A DNA stretch of 64,000 bases from Spirochaetes bacterium ADurb.Bin133 (GTDB lineage: Bacteria; Spirochaetota; GWE2-31-10; MWDO01): the NCBI GenBank assembly GCA_002070605.1, contig MWDO01000003.1, positions 11,853 to 75,852 of the forward strand, given 5' to 3'. The position numbers and the translations under genes are program-made. How positions within the stretch are numbered: position 1 is the stretch's first letter; each line of letters begins with the position of its first letter. This document shows positions 56,136 through 64,000 of the stretch, piece by piece. The notes beneath the pieces are model-generated. The model was not told where the DNA came from and did no database searches. It saw only the letters and a list, made by a program, of their open reading frames with translations.

Positions 56136-57958
56136 ACAGAGCGTTTTTCACGACATTATTACTGCTTCTCTTATATCCAGTTTTTTCTCAAAATATCGAG
56201 GTTAAAATCTATTCTAACAAAGACGCCGTCGCAGTAGGGGAGTTGTTTAAAGTATCGGTCGAAGCGACGGGCGCAAACAGATTTGATTTTGCGGAGAAAC
56301 CTCAATTCGATCCTTCGATCATTCAGATCCGAAGCGAACAGTTTATGAACGTTAGTATGGTTAACGGCTCTTTTACCTCCTCCTTTACGCTCTCTTTTTA
56401 CTTGAAAGGTACGGCGGCGGGGGACTATACGCTGGGACCGTTTATGGTCAAAATTAAAAACAGCGTTTATACTACAAACGAGATCAAAATTAGCGTATCG
56501 GACGCCGGCGACGAGACGGGGTCGAACGGTCGCAACGGCTCAAACTCCGGTCAAACCAATAGAGCCGAGGATACTTCCAAATATAAATCTTCGAGCGACG
56601 TTAATAAAAATTATCTTTTAAAGCTGGATATACCCAAAAATACGTTTTATCGGGAAGAGCCGTTTGTCGTAAGCGTTAATCTTTATATTAGAGCTCAACT
56701 GCAAACTATATCTTACGAACCTCTAAAATTTCCCCCGTCCGCCTGGATAGAAAAGATGGAGGGCAAAGACAACTATAAAGGAAGAACGGTCGTCGGTAGA
56801 ATAGAGTACGAGCAGTATGAAATAGAAAAAAAGAGAGTATATATATCTAAAGAGGGGGAGTATGAAATTCCTCCGGTAGTTTACAATTTTCACGGACTAT
56901 CCGGCAGTAGTTTTTTTTACTATTCGGAAGCGATGTCCATTAAGACGGATCCTGTGAAAATTGTCGTTAAGCCGCTTCCGACGGAAAATAAGCCGACGAA
57001 TTTCAACGGAGCTATAGGAGATTTTGTTTATGAAGTCGACGTCGATCCGTTGAATTTAAAAGTAAAAGAGCTCTCTACTCTTAAAATCGTCGTATCCGGC
57101 GAAGGTAATTTTCACAATCTAAAAGATATCAATTATAATATTTCGGGCGACGTCGACGTGTTTTCTTCAAAAAATAATGTTGAAACTCTTAGAGACGGCA
57201 GGAAAACAAAAAAATGGGAGATACTTCTTTCGCCTAACAAACCGGGCGTTCAAACTATAACGGTAGGCGATTTTTCTTTTTTCAATCCCAAAACTAGCGG
57301 TTATTCGACGCTAAAAGGTAAAAAAATTACTTTAAGGGTAGATCCTAGCGATAAAGAGAGGGAAGAGTCCCGTATAGTAAGATCGGAAGAACAAAGTAAA
57401 AACGGTTTGTCAAACGACGTCGATATTAGCGGTATAAAAGATATATCGTATATCAAAACCGGTATCGGCAATACTTCAAAGCTGTTATCTTACGATTTTA
57501 TAATCAAAACGGTAATCTATTCATATTTGATTTTGATTTTATCTATAACGGTTTTTATCGTCGGTAAATATTTAATATTTAATAAGAACAAAAATCTGGC
57601 GGAGATCAATAAAAAGAACGCTTATAAAGTTTTTTTAAGAAATATTAATAAACTGCATTCAAGGGTAAAAAGCGAGAAACAGACGGTTTTGATAGATAAT
57701 TTGTATAAAATTCTCGAAAGATATTTTATATCAAAATTTAATATCGATTCGGTCGAATTTACCGCCAAAGGAATAAAGGACAAACTCAGCGGGTATCTGG
57801 AAGAGAGTCAAATTAACGAGTTGAAAGATATTATACTTAGTTTTGATATGGCTAGATTTGGCGGTTTTGGGAGTGAAAAAAACGATATTATTGATAAGAT
57901 AGCGGAGATAAAAAAGATTATAGCCGCCGTGGAGACGGAGAAAAAAAATGAAAGCTAA
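56129..57958 (+). CDS. batD: BatD family protein
   Basis: Repeated Ig-like domains, VKPLP...P.NF.GA.G.F, G.GN, and C-terminal TM plus ..ARF. Confidence 0.88.
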   Translation: MVNRAFFTTLLLLLLYPVFSQNIEVKIYSNKDAVAVGELFKVSVEATGANRFDFAEKPQFDPSIIQIRSEQFMNVSMVNGSFTSSFTLSFYLKGTAAGDYTLGPFMVKIKNSVYTTNEIKISVSDAGDETGSNGRNGSNSGQTNRAEDTSKYKSSSDVNKNYLLKLDIPKNTFYREEPFVVSVNLYIRAQLQTISYEPLKFPPSAWIEKMEGKDNYKGRTVVGRIEYEQYEIEKKRVYISKEGEYEIPPVVYNFHGLSGSSFFYYSEAMSIKTDPVKIVVKPLPTENKPTNFNGAIGDFVYEVDVDPLNLKVKELSTLKIVVSGEGNFHNLKDINYNISGDVDVFSSKNNVETLRDGRKTKKWEILLSPNKPGVQTITVGDFSFFNPKTSGYSTLKGKKITLRVDPSDKEREESRIVRSEEQSKNGLSNDVDISGIKDISYIKTGIGNTSKLLSYDFIIKTVIYSYLILILSITVFIVGKYLIFNKNKNLAEINKKNAYKVFLRNINKLHSRVKSEKQTVLIDNLYKILERYFISKFNIDSVEFTAKGIKDKLSGYLEESQINELKDIILSFDMARFGGFGSEKNDIIDKIAEIKKIIAAVETEKKNES

Positions 57959-58703
57959 AACTGCTCTTATAACCTTCTTAATTGTTTTATTATTGCCGCT
58001 TAGTTTGTTCTCCTCCGAAGAGGTAAACGCGCTATTCAACTACGCTCTTCAACATTATAATAATAAAGAGTATGAAAAAGCTCTCGATTATTTTTTGAAA
58101 ATAAGAAACGATAATAAAATCGATAATTTTGAAATAAATTTTAATATCGGTTCGTGCTATTTTAAATTAGATAGATACGGCGAATCAAGATTCTATTTTG
58201 AAAGAGGACTTCTCTATAATCCCTTTGATAACGATCTTAATTTTAATTTAAAGGTTTTATACAATATTTTATTAAAAAATCCAAAATCCGGCGAACAGGA
58301 GATAATGAACCAAAGAATTATATTCTTTTTACCAAAAATGGTTCTTTTTTCTCTATTTCTAGTTTTATTAATAGTCGTAGTCGTTTTTATGGTTTTATTC
58401 GTTACAATCGAACGCTTTAGAAAAACTTTTTTGGTCTTATTAATAGGCTTTTTTATTTTTTTGGTTATGATTACGTCGTTAATATTTGTCCAAAACTACG
58501 AATATAATAAAAAAGTATTTGTCGTAACGGATAAAACGGCAAACGTATATCTCAACCCTACCGACAACAATTCATTAATGATGTCAATATCGGTCGGGTC
58601 AAAAGGGAGAGTAATAAACGACATAGGCGATTATATCAAGATAAATACCCCCGACGGATCGTCCGGGTGGATCAGAAAAGACAAGGTTATATCGAATAAA
58701 TAG
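57948..58703 (+). CDS. batE: BatE (TPR + TM + SH3) protein
   Basis: TPRs (FNIG.CY), two TM segments and KI..PDG..GWI. Confidence 0.85.
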   Translation: MKAKTALITFLIVLLLPLSLFSSEEVNALFNYALQHYNNKEYEKALDYFLKIRNDNKIDNFEINFNIGSCYFKLDRYGESRFYFERGLLYNPFDNDLNFNLKVLYNILLKNPKSGEQEIMNQRIIFFLPKMVLFSLFLVLLIVVVVFMVLFVTIERFRKTFLVLLIGFFIFLVMITSLIFVQNYEYNKKVFVVTDKTANVYLNPTDNNSLMMSISVGSKGRVINDIGDYIKINTPDGSSGWIRKDKVISNK

Positions 58704-58754
58704 TCTTTTTATAGTCTCTTTATAGTCTCTTTATAACTCTTTATAGGCAAGCGC

Positions 58755-58805
58755 TCCGCGTCGAATCGATCAAAAATAGAAATTTGATTAAAAATTCGAC
58801 GCGGA
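58755..58805. terminator. Inverted repeat between convergent batE and PilZ genes, containing repeat-family AAATTCGACGC
   Basis: TCCGCGTCGAAT / ATTCGACGCGGA 12-bp stem. Confidence 0.5.
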
Positions 58806-58815
58806 CAGGTTTGCG

Positions 58816-59556
58816 TTATCTGGACTCTTGTTTGCCGACTTTTTGTAGAAGCTTAACGTAGTCTCTTATAATATGTCGGTCTTTTTTGGTAATCTTTTCG
58901 AATTTGATTCCGTAACCCTTCGGATATTTGGTTTTATCGTTATTTATCCATCGGATCTCAGAAAAACAGTTAATAGTCTTGTCATCAATGATAAGCGTCA
59001 TCTGAACCAACTCTCCGACGCTGTATTCGTCGTCCAAGTCGCTTTTTAGAAAAACTCCCGTTTGAGAAATATCGTAAGTTTCGTACTCTTTGCCTTCTAT
59101 GATAACTTTTAAGTCCTGAATAAATCTTTTGGATTGCTCCCACCATCTAACTCTGGGGTTGAAATAAGGGGTGCGTATCTCTTTTGATATAAAATATCCG
59201 ATTGGTATTAAAAATAAAACGTTGACAATTGTCGCAAATGAAAAATGAATTTTAAAATCGCTTCCAAATAAACTTAATATTACCATTCCGATAGAGTGTA
59301 CCAAGAAGTAGTACCACGCCCACAATCTTACTTTGAATAAACCGTAAGATAAGGGTAAGGCGGATAACCAAAATATAATGTTTAGTATTATAATGACGTT
59401 GCCTTGCGACGCCAAAGCCAACAAGGTTTTGAAATTATGCATTGGAGAGTTTGTAGTATTTAGGTAAATTACCGAAATCAAATTCCCGATAGGGTTCAAT
59501 AGATAGATCAAAGCAAAAATTTCAATTAACAACGGTTTCTGTTTATATCCTTTCAT
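58816..59556 (-). CDS. Membrane protein with C-terminal PilZ domain
   Basis: About 4 TM segments, then R.....KRF, DISQTG and G.GIKF. Confidence 0.8.
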   Translation of the reverse strand: MKGYKQKPLLIEIFALIYLLNPIGNLISVIYLNTTNSPMHNFKTLLALASQGNVIIILNIIFWLSALPLSYGLFKVRLWAWYYFLVHSIGMVILSLFGSDFKIHFSFATIVNVLFLIPIGYFISKEIRTPYFNPRVRWWEQSKRFIQDLKVIIEGKEYETYDISQTGVFLKSDLDDEYSVGELVQMTLIIDDKTINCFSEIRWINNDKTKYPKGYGIKFEKITKKDRHIIRDYVKLLQKVGKQESR

Positions 59557-59838
59557 ATTCCTCGCCTTTTATAAAAATATTTTTTTTTATTATAAATAAT
59601 GATTATAAAATTTGCAATAATTTTCTAAATAATAATAAAAAAAATATTTAATTATCTTTTTTATAAAAATTATTGGATTTTTTATAAAAAATATTATAAG
59701 ATGGCTCGAGTAAAAAATTTAGTATCGTTGATGCTAATAAAAATGATCTTTTTTATAAAAAAAGGTTTTATACAAAATAAAACCGATTAATTAAAGAGAT
59801 GAGCGTCGCTTGTCTTTATAATTTAGGAGGCAAATAAT

Positions 59839-60072
59839 ATGGTATTCACTCAATGCGACAGTTGCGGTAAAACTTTTGCCGTAAATAATCATACGGCCGA
59901 TCCGAATATTTTTTACGTTCAAAATATGGATTTTTGCGGCGATTGTTATGAAGAGTACGGTAAAAATTTAAGGGCGGAGTTGAGAAAATCAGGAAACGAT
60001 ATGAAGATTTATCTACCTAAGTCTCATGAAGTAGCCAAAGCTATGTGCTCCGGCGGAAAAAAGAAAAGGTAA
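59839..60072 (+). CDS. Small CxxC..CxxC (Zn-binding) hypothetical protein
   Basis: Strong AGGAGG RBS; CDSC...CGDC. Confidence 0.7.
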   Translation: MVFTQCDSCGKTFAVNNHTADPNIFYVQNMDFCGDCYEEYGKNLRAELRKSGNDMKIYLPKSHEVAKAMCSGGKKKR

Positions 60073-60231
60073 TATTCGGATTTTAATTAAATTTTCTAAT
60101 TCAAAAGACTGCGCGACGATAGAAATCTTGCAGTCTTTTTTTTTGTATTTACTATTATCTGAAAATATTTCTTTATAAATTTGCGTATGAATGATATATT
60201 TCATTAAAATCTGATATATGCGGGATCAAAA

Positions 60232-61782
60232 ATGAAAAAAATAGAAATAATGGATACTACTCTTCGCGACGGCGAACAGATGCAAAACGTTTCATACACG
60301 GCGGACGAGAAATTAACGATAGCTCAGATATTATTGCAGGAGGTAAAGGTCGATAGACTCGAGATTACTTCGGCGAGAGCTAGCGAGGGCGAGAAAGTTA
60401 TGGTTAGAAAGATAACCGATTGGGCTGAGAATTTCGGATTTATCAAGTCGCTGGAGATATTAAGTTTTGTAGATAAAGAAAAATCTGTCGATTGGGCTAA
60501 ATCCGTCGGAATCAAAAGGATCAACTTGCTTACAAAGGGGTCTCGAAAGCATTGCGAAAAGCAACTTGGCAAGAGTCTGAGCGAACATCTCGCCGATATA
60601 GAAGAGACCGTCGATTACGCCGTAAAAAACGATATTGAGGTTAATATATATTTGGAAGATTTTTCAAGCGGAATTTTAAACTCGCCCGATTATCTTTTTG
60701 AAATGGTAGACCGCATAGTAAAAATTCCCGTTATTAGAATAATGCTTCCCGATACTCTTGGGATGTTAGAACCGTTTACGGTCTATGAAAAAGTGAAACT
60801 TATGGCAGACAGATACCCGGGCGTCAAATTTGATTATCACCCTCACAACGATTACGGATTGGGGACGGCTAACGCCCTTGCCGCCGCCAGAGCGGGAATC
60901 TCCGGATTGCATACTACCGTCAACGGTCTTGGAGAGAGGGCGGGCAACTCCTCTCTCGACGAAGTAGTGGTCGGTTTAAAAGATCTGTATAACATTGAGA
61001 CAAATATCGACGAAACGAAATTATACAAAGTATCCAAATTCGTCGAGATGTTTTCAGGACAGAGATTAGCGAGCAACAAGCCGATTTACGGCTCGAACGT
61101 TTTTACTCAGACGGCGGGAATTCACGCGGACGGCGATAAAAAAGGGGACCTTTATGCGAACAAGCTTATACCGGAGAGATTTGGAAGAACCAGAGAGTAC
61201 GCTTTGGGTAAACTGGCGGGAAAGGCGAACCTCGATATTAATTTGAAAAAATTAGGAATAGAGCTTGACGCGGAAAAGAAAAAAATCTTATTAAATAAAA
61301 TTGTCGAATTGGGGGATAAAAAAGAGAGCATAACTCTGGAGGATCTTCCCTATCTGATAAGCGATATTTTTGAAGTTAGAGACAAACTGCCGTTTAAATT
61401 AGTAAATTGCGTAGTTAATACGACCTATCAATTTAAGCCGTTTTCCGCCGTAAAATGCTCTTATAACGGTAAAACTATGGAAGCATACTCGTACGGCGAC
61501 GGCGGTTACGACGCGTTTATGAATAGTTTGAAGCAAATTTTGCAAACATTCGGAATAGAAATTCCAAAACTATCGGACTATATCGTTACTATACCCCCCG
61601 GCGGTAAAACCGACGCTCTCGTACAAACGACGATCTATTGGGAACCGCGGGATAAAGAGAGCCGAAAAACTATAGTAACTAAAGGCATAAATTCGGATCA
61701 AATTATGGCGGCTATTGAAGCGACGATTCGTATGGTTAACATTATATTAACTATGAAAACCGACAATAATTCTCATCAATAG
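60232..61782 (+). CDS. cimA: (R)-citramalate synthase (Leptospira/Bacteroides type)
   Basis: MDTTLRDGEQ, EK..IA..LL.E.KVDR.E..SAR.S.GE, HPHND, GERAGN and YIVTIPPGGKTDALV regulatory domain. Confidence 0.85.
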   Translation: MKKIEIMDTTLRDGEQMQNVSYTADEKLTIAQILLQEVKVDRLEITSARASEGEKVMVRKITDWAENFGFIKSLEILSFVDKEKSVDWAKSVGIKRINLLTKGSRKHCEKQLGKSLSEHLADIEETVDYAVKNDIEVNIYLEDFSSGILNSPDYLFEMVDRIVKIPVIRIMLPDTLGMLEPFTVYEKVKLMADRYPGVKFDYHPHNDYGLGTANALAAARAGISGLHTTVNGLGERAGNSSLDEVVVGLKDLYNIETNIDETKLYKVSKFVEMFSGQRLASNKPIYGSNVFTQTAGIHADGDKKGDLYANKLIPERFGRTREYALGKLAGKANLDINLKKLGIELDAEKKKILLNKIVELGDKKESITLEDLPYLISDIFEVRDKLPFKLVNCVVNTTYQFKPFSAVKCSYNGKTMEAYSYGDGGYDAFMNSLKQILQTFGIEIPKLSDYIVTIPPGGKTDALVQTTIYWEPRDKESRKTIVTKGINSDQIMAAIEATIRMVNIILTMKTDNNSHQ

Positions 61783-61820
61783 AGAGCGTATAGGAAGCCA
61801 AAGACAAAACTTTCTGAGCA

Positions 61821-61849
61821 TGGATTGTCGCATTGCTCCTCGCAATGAC
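61821..61849 (-). repeat. Eroded REP-like element of the GTCATTGCGAGGAGC...GCAATC type (different family)
   Basis: Reverse complement GTCATTGCGAGGAGCAATGCGACAATCCA at the 3' boundary of the GH5 gene. Confidence 0.5.
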
Positions 61850-61853
61850 TAAG

Positions 61854-63542
61854 CTAAGGCTTGTCTATTTTAACCTCGTCAATCCATAATTCAAGATTCA
61901 ACATATCGGAAAACTCACTGACGAACTCAAGCGTCTCGATTTTTCTCCAGTCAAATTTTCCTTTCGGATCGAACCATTTATCTTTCCACGCGCCCGATTC
62001 CTCCATCGAGCTGAAGGGGATAAATACTTCATGCCACTTGTTGTCAGCGGGAATATGGCTGTTATCAATTTTATAACTCATCCGCCACGGGATTTCACCA
62101 TACGGGTTTCTGAGGCGAACTTGAAGTTGTAAATTTGACTCTTTCGTTTTTGCCCAAAAGCTGATGCCGTAACCGGCGTCTCGATATTGCGCGAAGTTCA
62201 TCATTCGGGAAAAATTGAACATACAAGAGCTGTATCGTTTTAGACCGGAAATCTTTATCGCATATTTCCCCGAGTAGACTTCTTCCGTGTTATAAAAAGC
62301 GATGCTTCCGCGATCTACATAAACATTTGCGCTTGCAATCTTCGCCGCATAGTCATCGTAAATCACGAGTGTTTGCGGAATGTCGAATGATACGTTGTTT
62401 TGTATATGAGGATTTTTAAATCTGAGCGCGTTCAATTTTTCCGGATCGAGATCACTGAAACCGAGCGTTTGATCCATCTGTTGAAATATGCCGAATCTGC
62501 CGAACACATCCCACAGCGACCACATAATCCCGCCTTGTTCCAAGTGGGTTGTAACGAGTTCAAGCCATCTGTTTTGATCAGCATTTTTACTGTATGGTCT
62601 GTACACGCCGAGTTCTCCGCAAAAAACAAGGATATCATTTTCTTTTGCAAAGGCAATCGCCGCATCAAGTTGTTCTTTAACAAACTCAGGCGTTCCTTTC
62701 GTCTTATATTCCGCAACAGCGCCTTCAATCCATGTTCCCTTGAGCGACTTCGGAACCGCCGGAATCGTGCCTGCACTTGGCGGAAACGGAACGTTTGCAA
62801 GCCCCTCTAATGTCGGAGCTCCCCAGTTTGCTCCTTGGTGGGTAAAAACAAACGGCTCGTAAAAATGAAATGTGTATATCAGTTTTTTGTCTTGATACAC
62901 GGGAAGTTTCAGCATAGCATCAAGCGAATTATAACCGGAGCCGCCAATGATAATATATCGGTTCGGGTCGATTGCGCGAATCGTTTTCACAACACGTTCT
63001 TGAATTTCTTGCCATGTTTTAAAATCAAGCTCGATATCAGGGGCAAGTCCGTGCGGTTCATTGAGTACTTCAAAAATAATGTAGTCGGAACAGTGTTTGT
63101 ATCGCTTTGCAAGTTGTGTCCATAGCGGATGTAAAATATATTCAACTTCGGGTAATGTCGGGTAGACAGGATGATAACTGTGGTTGTCGATAATGAGAAA
63201 CATTTCCAGCTCTTCCGCCCAACCGACAATTTCGTCGATAAAGCCAAGCAAAACAGGATCGAGAGCGTAGTTGTTATTTTTGTCCACCATATCGCGCATT
63301 TTTATCGGGAGGCGAATCGCTTCTACGCCCATTTTTTTCAGTATGGCAAAATCGTTTTTGTCGTATTGTCGGAACTGTATATGCTGGACTGACGATTGTT
63401 CCAACCACACCGAAATGTTTACCGCTCGAGTAAACAGCTGTCGCGAGGTAGACGCTGTTTGAGAAGAGAGTGGTTGATGTATACACGAAAAGAGCATTAT
63501 ACATAACATACAGAAAATGTCGAAGCAAAGTTTTTTTATCAT
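61854..63542 (-). CDS. GH5 endoglucanase lipoprotein with C-terminal CBM11/CIA30-like domain
   Basis: Lipobox LFSC, AIRLP, IDNH, FEVLNEP (acid/base), FHFYEP, CGELG (nucleophile); WHEV.IP.S and IDEV. Confidence 0.9.
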   Translation of the reverse strand: MIKKLCFDIFCMLCIMLFSCIHQPLSSQTASTSRQLFTRAVNISVWLEQSSVQHIQFRQYDKNDFAILKKMGVEAIRLPIKMRDMVDKNNNYALDPVLLGFIDEIVGWAEELEMFLIIDNHSYHPVYPTLPEVEYILHPLWTQLAKRYKHCSDYIIFEVLNEPHGLAPDIELDFKTWQEIQERVVKTIRAIDPNRYIIIGGSGYNSLDAMLKLPVYQDKKLIYTFHFYEPFVFTHQGANWGAPTLEGLANVPFPPSAGTIPAVPKSLKGTWIEGAVAEYKTKGTPEFVKEQLDAAIAFAKENDILVFCGELGVYRPYSKNADQNRWLELVTTHLEQGGIMWSLWDVFGRFGIFQQMDQTLGFSDLDPEKLNALRFKNPHIQNNVSFDIPQTLVIYDDYAAKIASANVYVDRGSIAFYNTEEVYSGKYAIKISGLKRYSSCMFNFSRMMNFAQYRDAGYGISFWAKTKESNLQLQVRLRNPYGEIPWRMSYKIDNSHIPADNKWHEVFIPFSSMEESGAWKDKWFDPKGKFDWRKIETLEFVSEFSDMLNLELWIDEVKIDKP

Positions 63543-63586
63543 AGTTTATTTCCTCCACGCATTCAATGATTAAGCGCATAAAACGT

Positions 63587-64000
63587 TTATAACTCGAAAG
63601 AGATTTTTATAGAAAATCCTTTTTTGCAATCGATAACGTATTCGCCTTCAAGTTGATTTATAAGGCTTTTTATTAATTGAAACCCTAGAGTTTTGCCGTC
63701 GTCAATATTAAAATCTTTTGGCAATCCGGGACCGTCGTCGCCGTAAGTCAGTTCAAATTTGATCATATCGTCGCTCTCTAATTTAATAAAAATGTTGCCT
63801 TTTTTGGTTTTTTGAAAAGCGTGTTTCAAAGAATTAGTCAACAATTCGTTAAGCAGAAGTCCGATAGGCGCCATAGCGTTGACGTCAAATTGTATGTTTT
63901 TTAGATCTAAATTAATTTTAACCGCTTTATTTAGGTCGTAATGATACAATAATAAGTTTGATAAATCGGTTATATACTCGGAGAGATCGATATTTGCCAA
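63587..64000 (-). CDS. Sensor histidine kinase C-terminal HATPase domain (HisKA_2/HWE type), 5'-truncated by the window edge
   Basis: PIGLLLNELLTNSLKHAF, YGDDGPG and TLG..LI..L..QL.G. Confidence 0.9.
   Translation of the reverse strand: MANIDLSEYITDLSNLLLYHYDLNKAVKINLDLKNIQFDVNAMAPIGLLLNELLTNSLKHAFQKTKKGNIFIKLESDDMIKFELTYGDDGPGLPKDFNIDDGKTLGFQLIKSLINQLEGEYVIDCKKGFSIKISFEL

Noticed and set aside
58701-58747. 11-bp tandem repeat TAGTCTCTTTA x4
   Set aside because: Short slippage-type repeat in a convergent intergenic gap with no evident function
420-63579. Numerous antisense or overlapping ORFs in the track (e.g. 1224-1622, 23990-24712, 26142-26573, 62400-62810)
   Set aside because: They lie within well-supported genes on the other strand or frame and show no recognisable domains
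1-64000. tRNA or rRNA genes
   Set aside because: No cloverleaf with T-loop GTTCRA and D-loop signatures, and no rRNA-like stretch, was recognised

Overview
AT-rich bacterial chromosome window, most likely from a Spirochaetota. This is inferred from a STAS anti-anti-sigma protein with a C-terminal Zn ribbon, a short ~630-aa ParC, a type-2 IleRS and a MoxR-BatA-E operon. Core genes (ileS, lolC/E-lolD, DUF3857-transglutaminase-TPR, ppdK, ispE, parC, folC, moxR/bat, cimA) alternate with accessory DNA. The accessory DNA comprises: (i) a decaying ~0.6-13 kb island with IS66 scars, an unusual R-M pair, SAM methyltransferases, hydrolases and several internally deleted pseudogenes; (ii) a Fur-box-controlled NifX/DUF5320/ferredoxin-ATPase/radical-SAM/TauE/MBL operon interrupted by a second R-M pair; (iii) four type II toxin-antitoxin (TA) loci, one of them dead; (iv) a GH5 cellulase. 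The strongest unexplained signal is a modular, almost exclusively intergenic repeat family with about 13 clusters and roughly 40 core units. It is built from a 16-bp terminal motif (CCAAAAAACYGAYRGG), tandem AAATTGACACATATG units and an AAAACGGGAATTCCCGTTTT palindrome. It punctuates the TA modules like a cassette array. In four cases its terminal motif ends exactly 24 nt upstream of a predicted sigma70 -35 box, across spacers unrelated in sequence. No intact transposase, integrase, cas, rRNA or tRNA gene was recognised. All family assignments come from motif recognition by eye, not from database searches.
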